Assembly (NCBI GenBank): GCA_951406725.2
Contig: OX597817.1
Span: forward strand, 126,294,001-126,358,000
DNA: 64,000 nt
Direction of reading: 5' to 3'
Source: Octopus vulgaris
Lineage: Eukaryota
The notes below the pieces were generated by a model. It saw only the letters and a program-made list of their open reading frames with translations, ran no database searches and was not told where the DNA came from. The translations under genes were made by a program, and so were the position numbers. Positions 44,037 through 54,255 of the stretch are shown here, piece by piece. Numbering within the stretch: position 1 is the first letter of the stretch; every line of letters begins with the position of its first letter.

Positions 44037-44521
44037 AATATTCTTCTTCTTCTTCTACTTCATCTCCTTCCTCTTCTTCTTCTCCCCCTTCTACTTCCTA
44101 ACTTTATCACTAATGCTTTTTAGTATAACACCCACGCAAATTCTATAAACAAACCTTTCAATAGAAGTATTCTCATGAGCAGCTAGCCGCCACTGACCAT
44201 TCAAAATGCAACAATCAAGGAATTCCCAATTTTTCCCCCTCCTCCTCATCATTCTTCTTCTTCTTCCCTACCAAGAATTCACAACGATCACGAACCCACA
44301 AGTGTGAACAAGAGAGACAGAGCAAGGCAGAAACAAGAAAAATGCCACTTATATTTGAACACTATACAAATATTCATTTAAAAAAATATTTCTTTTAATT
44401 TTTTCTAATTTTAATTATTTAATAGTTACAGTTGAAAATGTCTCAAAATGACTGAAACCGGTACTGAAATGTTCTTTATAAAATTATGTTAGCATTTTCT
44501 ATTTTGACTTATTTTTTCATA
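42130..44521. mobile_element. Penelope-like element with inverted duplication (arms 42130-43315 minus and 43543-44521 plus)
   Basis: Arms are reverse complements; plus strand encodes CTIVS..RDTRLQELK..L..RNYP..LI..KKCGRPNCGIC...FTCASEKLIYTLTCFGC (thumb, zinc linker, GIY-YIG start), then (CTT)n/(CAT)n. Confidence 0.93.
44429..44466 (+). ncRNA. Minimal hammerhead-like motif with U3-A8 core (identical copy 42184-42221, minus strand)
   Basis: cag-TTGAAAA-t-gtc/tcaaaat/gac-t-GAA-ACCGGT-A-ctg. Confidence 0.65.
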
Positions 44522-44556
44522 TATATCAACTCGTGTGTTCCTTTTCTTCCTTATAC

Positions 44557-44627
<71 letters not shown>

Positions 44628-44641
44628 GTGTGTGTGTATGT

Positions 44642-44675
<34 letters not shown>

Positions 44676-44812
44676 CTTTGCAACTTTTCAAGTAGAGCTA
44701 GAAATACAATTAAATTGTGGTAATATTGCATGAAATGTTTTTTTTTTAATATTTCCATAGACTTGCTTTTATTTTTGTGAAGGTTCGTTAGGCAGTTAGT
44801 AGCAGATCTGAA

Positions 44813-44872
<60 letters not shown>

Positions 44873-44880
<8 letters not shown>

Positions 44881-46222
44881 ATATTTCGGAATGGTCATAT
44901 TGCCAGTTCAGCCAATAAAAACACACGCACTATATATTTGGTGTTATTTTGCTTCAGTGATATTTATTTTTTACATTAATCTTAATCTTATTTCGGCCAA
45001 AGTTCTTTCGTCACACTCCTGTGACCGCATCAGTGGTCCTTTGTTTTCTTCTCACTTACTTGTGTCTCTCCTTACTAACCGTCAGCCATTTTGTATTTCT
45101 ATTGTATGTCTTCATTTGCGCATGCTTATATCTCTATGTGCGTCTATGTTTATTTAGTGTGTGGGGGGGATGTCTGTAATATTTGTATCTTCTGGTTATA
45201 TACATTCTTGTAATTTGTATTTTGTATTTTGTTTTTGTTGTTGTTGCTTTTGTTCTAATTTTGTTCATGTGTTTACATCCACCCATTATTATTAAAAGCT
45301 CATCGATTCTGTACCAACACGCCGAACAAGAACACGGGGGATCAATCAATAACATAGAGATTAAGATATTGTCCACACATAGAACAGATGCAACAATTAG
45401 ACAAATTACAGAAGCTACACATATAATAGAAAATAAACCTAGCCTGAATAGAAAACTAGAATGGAGCAATAGCGCACACCACAACATATGACAATAGTGG
45501 ATCCTGCAAACATAATAAATACACAGGTAATTAAAGAAATAGAAATGAATATCTATGTGTATGTATATGTGTATATATATGTATATGTATATGTGTATAT
45601 ATGTGTGTATATATGTATATATATATATGTATATGTATGTGTATGTATATATATATATATATGTATATGTATATTCTTTTTTTTTTTTCTCGATTAGATT
45701 TATTATTATTATTACTAATATTGTTGTTATACATACATACAAGCATATGTAATGATAATAATGGGTGGATGTAAACACATGAAAAAATTAGAACAAAAGC
45801 AACAACAACAAAAACAAAATACAAATTACAAGAATGTATATAACCAGAAGATACAAATATTACAGACATCCCCCCACACACACACTAAATAAACATAGAC
45901 GCACATAGAGATATAAGCATGCGCAAATGAAGACATACAATAGAAATACAAAATGGCTGACGGTTAGTAAGGAGAGACACAAGTAAGTGAGAAGAAAACA
46001 AAGGACCACTGATGCGGTCACAGGAGTGTGACGAAAGAACTTTGGCCGAAATAAGATTAAGATTAATGTAAAAAATAAATATCACTGAAGCAAAATAACA
46101 CCAAATATATAGTGCGTGTGTTTTTATTGGCTAAACTGGCAATATGACCATTCCGAAATATAACAATATCTGTTTCAACACACGACTTCACATAAAAAAT
46201 CTTGCACAACAAATATTTAAAC
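44873..46222. mobile_element. Second-family Penelope-like element with inverted terminal duplication (arms 44873-45292 and 45755-46169)
   Basis: Near-identical inverted arms; spacer encodes [13 protein letters not shown]...IKIL......[12 protein letters not shown]....PSLNRKLEW (GIY-YIG C-terminus); (TA)n on both sides. Confidence 0.9.
46003..46047 (+). ncRNA. Variant hammerhead-like motif (inverted copy at about 44994-45038)
   Basis: cca-CTGATGC-g-gtcaca/ggag/tgtgac-GAA-AGAACT-T-tgg. Confidence 0.5.
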
Positions 46223-46913
46223 GTATATATATATATATATCTTCAAATTTATATTTTGCATTTAAATTTGGCCAATGCGTTTTACTATGATATGAACAAT
46301 CTGTTATTATATAAAACGTAGTGTTACTGAAATATTTTATCATCTTTGAACCATCGAATTCTGCAAAATCTCATTCACACCTATCATACCTTCCGAAATA
46401 GTTTCCTTTCAATATTTAAATATTAAATCATCTCAAACATATTAAATGTCAAAATAGGTAATAATTTACAAACTGTTAGTTGTGCTCATGAACTAATATT
46501 CGATCAGTTTTAATTCACCAAGACAGAAAACACATTCATCATAATGTTAATTTTCACTTAACAGTTACGGATTTCTCACTTAATAAATATGGAAAGGCGC
46601 ATTGTAGCTGTTATAGCAGGAATAATGTTGTAATGTTTGGAAACTTAAGAATATAATTTCAATAAATATATCACTATGTATATTTTTATTCTTTTACACT
46701 TTGTATTTAGTTCTCCGCAAACAGGTAATAGTCATTGTAATGTTTATTCTACTATAATTTCCATGTGACAAAATTTCATTTCTTTCATATGTACTTTCGA
46801 AATTAATACATTTCCTGCACCCATTCTCAACTACCAATGGATATGAAATAAATTTCTATTCTAAATGCAAGAGATTTGTTTTCATTCCCATAGCTAAAAC
46901 ATGTATCACTTTA

Positions 46914-47136
46914 GAGTCCCTGTACAACTATTTAGGCCTAAAACATAAAAGATCCGATAGCATTTGCTTTATGACTAGGGGTTTTTCTACTTCAGCATAT
47001 ATGAATTTGCCTCTTGCTTTACTATATCTTACAAATATATATTACTGTGTGTATGTAATATTGTGATACAATGTGTTTTGAAGCTGTCTTCTTTATATAT
47101 CAATTTGCATATTAATATCTCATATTCCAATACCTG
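46914..47136 (+). repeat. ~222-bp direct repeat, copy 1
   Basis: gagtccctgtacaac...ccaatacctg, nearly identical to 47934-48155. Confidence 0.95.
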
Positions 47137-47933
47137 TATACTATCTGCATTATGAACTATGCTTTAACAAAATGTTTTCGGACAGCAAATACTATGAATG
47201 ACTAGTTCAGTAGACTAGTTCAGTAGGAATAATGCCTTCAAATGTTGCTGAAACTAGAAAATAATTCTAAAGCTACTGGCTCTCTACTGAAATTTACACT
47301 ACAAGCAAGACCATACAATGATATATTAGCACGCATTCGCTATTTCTAATGGCCGTTGATATAATTAAAAGAATATATTTTGCATAATACTCTACAAAGA
47401 ATCGAAGATGCATCTGATATGTTTTACCAAACTGGTGACCGCATTCTAGAGTTCGGGCAATGGTTGCATCATAGGTTGTTTGAGTTTAAATATAAATAAA
47501 GGGTCACCTGGCATAAGAACGTTAGAAAACGCGAAGGATGTAAAATAAATACTTGAATCTGTATATGAAGAGAGTTGTCACCAGAATTACTAAACACTTG
47601 TTTGGAAATTAAAAATTTCCCCCATAAAACTGAACTCGTACCCTTACAGCAGTTGCGTTGCACCATTTAATTTCGCCATTCCATGCTGGCCTGATATATA
47701 TCATGTCTTCGACATGTTTTCCATAATGAAATAAAAGCTGAAAGCTTTAAGATTAAAATTATGAGCTTGAGATTGGATTGCAAGTAGAATAAGTATCCTC
47801 ATTCTAATGAAGATATGCGATATAATTTCTGATGTGTACGCACGTTCTGAGTTCATTTTGTATGTTCTCAATATGAAAGTGTGAACATGATGGTACCTGA
47901 ATAGAAATATTAGATTAAATATATCAGTTCGAG

Positions 47934-48155
47934 GAGTCCCTGTACAACTATTTAGGCCTAAAACATAAAAGATCCGATAGCATTTGCTTTATGACTAGGG
48001 GTTTTCTACTTCAGCATATATGAATTTGCCTCTTACTTTACTATATTTTACAAATATATATTACTGTGTGTATGTATTATTGTGATACAAAGTGTTTTGA
48101 AGCTGTCTTCTTTATATATCAATTTGCATATTAATATCTCATATTCCAATACCTG
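47934..48155 (+). repeat. ~222-bp direct repeat, copy 2
   Basis: Nearly identical to 46914-47136. Confidence 0.95.
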
Positions 48156-48530
48156 CATTTGGAGAACGTTCCCTACAATGTATCTGTTTAACGTTAATTT
48201 TATCTTTTCCTTTCTCAAATTGCTTTCATAAGCAATTTTTACCATCTGTATTATTAATCTAATAGATAATGTTATTTTTAAATAATAATCTGGTTAAACA
48301 CCCACCAGCTTAGAATGAATAACGTAATAATGACAATAATGACACTGGGTGAGAAATTTACAGGCATTCTTATACTTTATTGAGTCTATTCGTTTCATAT
48401 CTTTGAAATAGATTTCCTGTTATGTTATTCAATATGTATACAAATAAACGAAGAACGAAGATATGGTCCGACTTTCACACATATAAACGAGAGTATACAT
48501 ACACACATACACAGACACACACACACACAT

Positions 48531-48568
<38 letters not shown>

Positions 48569-48727
48569 TGCATAGAGGGCATTACTACACATAAAGATCA
48601 TTATTACAAATAAAGTCCCTCCAAGTGAAAAAAATTACAGATTTTTTCTCTTATGAGGTTTTTCACGCTAACTACGTGATAATTTCTTATTAAGATTTCT
48701 TATTAAGATTTTATCCTAATTTTTAAA

Positions 48728-48770
<43 letters not shown>

Positions 48771-48921
48771 AAATGAGAAAATGGAGAAATATATCTAAAT
48801 CAATCATCAACCATCAGATAATACCCAACCAATACTTTATTAAACCATTACACAATAGCAATGATATTATACATTAATATAGTACAAATATAACAAGACA
48901 TAGAAATAGTAATAGAAATAC

Positions 48922-49057
48922 ACTTACATTGTAGCTGACAGCTGTTTCGGCCGTGAAGACAGGTATGTCCCATTTAACCTATTAGCCATATAAAGCAGGT
49001 ATAAATGAGACATTAACAAGAATATCTCACGGCCTCTTCAGAGAATTTAATGCAAGT
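48922..49057 (-). ncRNA. Type I hammerhead ribozyme candidate with canonical core and long stem II
   Basis: Minus strand: acttgcatt-aaatt-ct-CTGAAGA-ggccgtga...tcacggcc-GAA-ACAGCTGT-C-ag-ctac-aatgtaagt; GUC triplet, palindromic stem III. Confidence 0.8.
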
Positions 49058-49196
49058 ATGAAAAAAATTTACATATAAATATAAATATGTGTGCATACAC
49101 ACTCATATTCTTACATATATATATATATACACAATAATACAATATAAACAATATAGATCAATATATCAACAAACACACCTGTCTTCACGGCCGAAA

Positions 49197-49310
49197 CATA
49201 AAATTAATTTAATTTATATTATTTTAAATATATATCAAAAGTATTGAATGTTTAGAATTTTAATACTTTTGATATATATTTAAAATAATCTAGATTAAAT
49301 TAATTTTATG
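49197..49310. repeat. AT-rich inverted repeat, ~52-bp arms
   Basis: cataaaattaatttaat...atcaaaagtattgaa versus tttaatacttttgat...attaaattaattttatg. Confidence 0.9.
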
Positions 49311-49461
49311 CATTGGCTTGTCTTTTTCATTGTTTGATTTGCCTAATAGTGGTTTTATCTCTAATTTATTATAATATAATATAATATATTTATACTATAA
49401 AATTAGATTTAATCCTAAATCTGATTTTTCCCTGTAAGTTTGGATTTATTCCCTAATATTT

Positions 49462-49511
<50 letters not shown>

Positions 49512-50722
49512 ATAAATGTATGTAAATATATATGTATGCGTATACACACACGTATATATATATACATACTTACGTACATATAAAGCGATATGGATGTAGA
49601 AATATGAAATATATTAAAAAACTGGAATGTGAAGCTAGTGTTTTGAACTACACAAAAGGAAACTGATAATTACATTAACGTCTAATTGTAAAGAGTCTCT
49701 TTTGGTCAGGTGCTTGGTGAATATTCTCTCGTATAAATATTTGTATATGTCTTGATACAGAGTCCAAAAGAATGCAGTGTACAATTAGCCAAACCGTAGT
49801 GAACTCTGGGTGCACTGGCTCCTACGCTGTGTTGTATATCGATGCGTATCTGTATATAAGTGTGCTAGTGTAAGTATACTTGTGTAGGAATATTTGTATA
49901 TATTCCCAAACGTGTGTCAATACGTATATGCGCATGCATTTCTATTTGCCTCATTTGTATTTGAACACCTGTATGTGTAAATGTGTGTGTGTATACATGC
50001 CTGTATTAGTATGTATGTGTATACATATATATGTGTGCACGTATGTTTACTCATGTATATTTATACATTTACATATGTATATTCACTAATATATATGTTA
50101 TATGTGTCTGTATATATGTGTAATTAGGTCTCTATGAATATATACACGCTTTGCTTTATATTCATATATATACGTCTGTGTATATATGTGCGCGCGCGTC
50201 TGTATGTATAAGTCTGTATACTAGCATGTCTGTGTACGCACGCACAAATTTCCGTTATATGAGTATTTATGTATCCATTTACTGAACGGCAAAATGATAA
50301 AGCTATTTGAAAAATATGAATTATCAACGTGCTATTGTAATTGTTACTTAATTTGTCTGAGAACTATTAAGGGGAATACTAATAGCTGGCTGCTCTATTA
50401 CTAGTTTGATGAGTGCTAACTCACAAGTCTGTCAGCGCAGCAGTCACTCTGCTGCTTCTACTAAAAATTAATATGTGTGTGTGAGTTTGTGTGTTCGCGC
50501 GCGCATATATAAGCATCGGAGTGAATGTGCATTCTGTGTAAGTTAAGAAATGGTAGCGAGGGAAAATTTTGTATATATATCGTTACACTGTATATTGTCT
50601 TCAGAAAATAATTTAATAATAGGGCAGTTTCTCCTCGAGTGTTTATATGACTTTATATTAGACTATTTTTTATAACCAATGTACAGTAAAAACAGTGGTA
50701 TTTGCAATGTGTGTTCGTGTTC

Positions 50723-50761
<39 letters not shown>

Positions 50762-50779
50762 CGTGCGTGTGTATTTTAT

Positions 50780-52130
50780 AAGGAAATCATGTTCATAAAA
50801 AAATACAAATCGCAAATCAATATCCTACAATAACACACTAGAATGATTTTAAAAAATTTCAACGAAAAGCGACCTGAAATACCTAATATAATTCGGAAAC
50901 TTTAAATATCCCAGGGATTCAAAAATCCAGCTGCAAATTACTAGACAATAACACCATACAACTTATCAAGCACCAGTTGCTGACGTCACCTCAGACAAAA
51001 CCAATGAAATTTTTCCCCCAACCAGAACCGGACCCTTAGAATACAAACAAACAGAACGGTTGATGACCATCGGAGAAAAACTAATTACCGAGTCACTACA
51101 GGGAAGTTAACAAAGCAGAAAGCTGGTCTTGACGAAAACAAAAATAGTTTTTTTCTGAAACGGAAAATACTTGTGATCAAAATAAAGGAACGTCACGAAA
51201 CCTACTGCCAATCAGAACTTGTCTATTGAGAGTTGTTGTCACCAGAAAGCCAACCAAACAAAACGCTGAACTTTACAAAAACAAAAATATAGTCTTTGAC
51301 CGAAAACATCCACAAGAAAAGAATAAGATGATATGAAAATTATAACCAATGAAAAGTTAGATCCTTTCTAGTAAAAACATATATCTACATTAAAAGATAG
51401 AACATTAAGTAACTACCGAGTTCAACAAAAGGTGAAAGATGATGAGAACACTGCACTGAGACTGAAATTTTAAAAAAAAGAACTACACGCACTACGACAG
51501 AAATTGCGAAGATAATTTTTTCTTTCTCTCAACCTTTTTCCCTTCCTTCTCCACTCATTCTATAAAAACTAATTATGACTGAAGTTTTAATAGTGCATGT
51601 TTATGAACTCCATCAAACATTTACATTGATATTATCTATCCCTTTGCAGAAACGTTAGCGCACCGGGCGAAATGCTTAGAGGTGTTTCGTCTGCTGTTAC
51701 GTTCTGAGTTCAAATTACACCGAGGTCGACTTTGCCTTTCATCCTTTCGGGGTCGATAAATAAAGTACCAGTTACACACTGGGGTCGATGTAATCGACTT
51801 AATCCGTTTGTCTGTCCTTGTTTGTCCCCTGTATGTTTAGCCCCTTGGAAGCAATAAAGAAATATACCTATCCCTGTGAAATCCATTGAAATTTCTGTGG
51901 ACACTTAATCACTTGATGGTTTGAATATACTTGTCCAATTTTTACCGTGTACATTTAAACTCCCAAAACCCCACATTATTTTGTTATATGTATTTGTACC
52001 ATTGATGAAGAAAAAACTATCGAAACTCATTTCGTATGTGCTTAATTCTATTTAAAAACGACTACACGTTTTTTTAGATTATGGTGCATTTTCAAAATCC
52101 CCAAGCAAATTTTTCAATATTCTTTGCTAC
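50780..52130 (+). mobile_element. PLE 3' remnant related to 8178-9363, interrupted by a SINE
   Basis: KEIMFIKKY...IN C-terminal motif; shared blocks caagcac.a.ttgc.ga.gtcacc..ccaatgaaatt and taccattgat..gaaact...ggtgcattttcaa. Confidence 0.7.
51646..51864 (+). mobile_element. SINE family A, slightly 5'-truncated, with target-site duplication
   Basis: Matches 63904-64000; ctatccct on both flanks (51636-51643 and 51868-51875). Confidence 0.9.
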
Positions 52131-52199
52131 GTGAGAATACACTTATTTCCATTTAAGTGAAAATACCTATGTATCTATATGCATACGTACGTATGTAAG

Positions 52200-52262
<63 letters not shown>

Positions 52263-52373
52263 ATACATATGTGTGTTTGTGTGTGCGTGTGTATATGCAT
52301 ATACATATATATATACATACATGCGCACGAACAAAAGATTGAACATAGAACGGGTAACGGACGGAGTCGACAA

Positions 52374-52410
52374 CTATTGAAAAGGTTGCAAGACGCAACG
52401 AAAATTTTAG
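52374..52410 (+). ncRNA. Variant hammerhead-like motif (U3-A8) in a PLE-terminus remnant at about 52320-52568
   Basis: cta-TTGAAAA-g-gttgc/aagac/gcaac-GAA-AATT-T-tag; downstream ttcaacacacg...cataaa.aatcttgca resembles 46174-46207. Confidence 0.55.
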
Positions 52411-52564
52411 GAAGAACAAATGAGTAAATGAATGGAAACTTTACCGGTGAGTGTCTTAAATGATAGAGGACTAAAAGAGAATGAGTCTCCCCGCACACAA
52501 CAAAATATGCTTCAACACACGTACTAACATAAAGAATCTTGCAAACCAAATCCCGAAAAGAATT

Positions 52565-52623
<59 letters not shown>

Positions 52624-52630
52624 CTAATAA

Positions 52631-53195
52631 ATTTTTATTTCTCTTTCCATTTCAGAATTACAACTATTAGTGATATGGAGTTTAACTGCTCTTTCTAGTG
52701 AGTCGGATGTCCTATTATGGCCATCCCTTATATGTTTGAATGTATATTACATAGTCTATTGACTATTTTTTCTTTCTCACTTGACCGCTGGTAGTGGAGA
52801 ATTATTCTAGAATGTTTTGCTACCCTAAAAATTTATTAGTTAATGATTTTTTGGATAATTTTGAAATTAAATCGGCAGTTTATATTTACTGCTGAGAAAA
52901 CCGCGCGAGAGTGGTGGATTTTGAAAAGTTATAGCATAGAGACTCGAGGCATGGCTATTATCGCCTCGTGGCTATATGCTAGTCCTTGGCTTTGTGCTGA
53001 AGAGTGCAACACCAGTCGTAAATAAATTTATTTTATTTAGAAAGAGTGCCGAAACTATGCATAGTCCAGAAAGGATAGGGTAAACATTTTTATTTCTCTT
53101 CCCATTTCAGAATTACAACTATTAGTGGTTTGGAGTTTAACTGCTCTTTCTAGTGAGTCGGATGTCCTATTGTGGCCATCCCTTATATGTTTGAA
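52631..53195 (+). mobile_element. ORF-less element with 110-bp direct terminal redundancy (455-bp period) in (TA)n; PLE terminal repeat or retrozyme-like
   Basis: 52631-52740 repeated at 53086-53195; contains a canonical hammerhead; TA tracts on both sides. Confidence 0.8.
52984..53079 (+). ncRNA. Type I hammerhead ribozyme candidate, canonical core
   Basis: ctttgtg-CTGAAGA-g.gca...tgcc-GAA-ACTATGCATAGT-C-cagaaag; GUC at 53064-53066; 12-nt palindromic stem III. Confidence 0.82.
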
Positions 53196-53220
53196 AAAAA
53201 AAAATAAATATATATATATA

Positions 53221-53447
53221 TACGAGAGGATCATGAAATAATCCTTATTTTATGGGTACAACGAAAGGCTTGGCTGGAGGCCCAACTTTGCGCGTTCTTT
53301 TAAAGCACTTAATAAAAGCTGTCGGACTGCTGCAATAAGTGTGTGAATCTGAGAGGAAGATATATTGGATTAAAGCTAAATTTCCTTATCGTCTTGTATT
53401 GTACTTTACTTTACCCATTTCCAAGAACTTTTCCACACCACCTCGTA
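53221..53447 (+). mobile_element. Short mariner-derived non-autonomous element
   Basis: Ends tacgag... and ...cctcgta; internal aagtgtgtgaatctgagagga (KCVNLRG, mariner C-terminus). Confidence 0.7.
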
Positions 53448-53611
53448 TATAGATAGATTGAGTTAGAGAGAGAAAGACAGATAAACAGAGAGAGAGAGGT
53501 AGAGTGAAAGAGAGAGAAATAAGAAGCTTGCTACGCATGGTCTAGATTTTGTTTCACTGAGTGTCAACATAGACATAAATTATATACTTTAGTAACGATA
53601 ATAGCTTTGAA

Positions 53612-53910
53612 AATGGATTTGGTAGATGGAAAATAAACGTAGCCCTTCGTATATCTACATATATATTTGTAATTCTATTCATGTGTGTATTTCTGTGTGT
53701 TCTTGTCCTGCACCACCGCCTGGCAATAAATGCTCGTTAGTTTACTTCCGCGTAAGTTAGCAATTCGGCAAAAGTGGCCGGCAGGATAGGTACCAAACTT
53801 GAAAAATAAAATGTACATATATATGATACTGTGGTCATTTTTTTCGATTACAACTATTCAAGGATGTGTCCCAGCATCACCGTCGTCCCATAACTTTGGC
53901 AATAAATAAA
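53612..53910 (+). mobile_element. SINE family B body, diverged
   Basis: tggatttggtagatggaaa...ttagcaattcggcaaaag...ccagcatcaccgtcgtcc aligns with 16706-16960. Confidence 0.75.
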
Positions 53911-53942
53911 TAGATATTATAAATACATGTATTATATATTAA

Positions 53943-54255
53943 TTGTTTTAGTCATTTGATTGCGGCCATGCTGGTATTTTACTCGAACAATTCGACCCAG
54001 AAAGTTATATTTTTAAATCCTAGTATTCATTCTATCAGTCTCATTTGTCGAACAGCAAGGTTCCAGAGACGTAAACACGCCAAAACACACATACATAGAT
54101 ATACATATATATACACGAAGAGCTTTCAGTTTTGGTCAACAAAATCCATTCACAAAGCCTGATTAGCCCAAAGCTATAGTACAAGACACATGCCCTAGGT
54201 GCCACACAGTGAGATTCAATTAGGAACCACGTGCTTGGGAAGCAACCTACGCCTG
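53943..54255 (-). mobile_element. SINE family B, diverged, inverted relative to the neighbouring copy
   Basis: gtcatttgattgcggccatgctgg...ctttcagttt...aggtgccacacagtgagattcaa is the reverse complement of family B. Confidence 0.8.
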
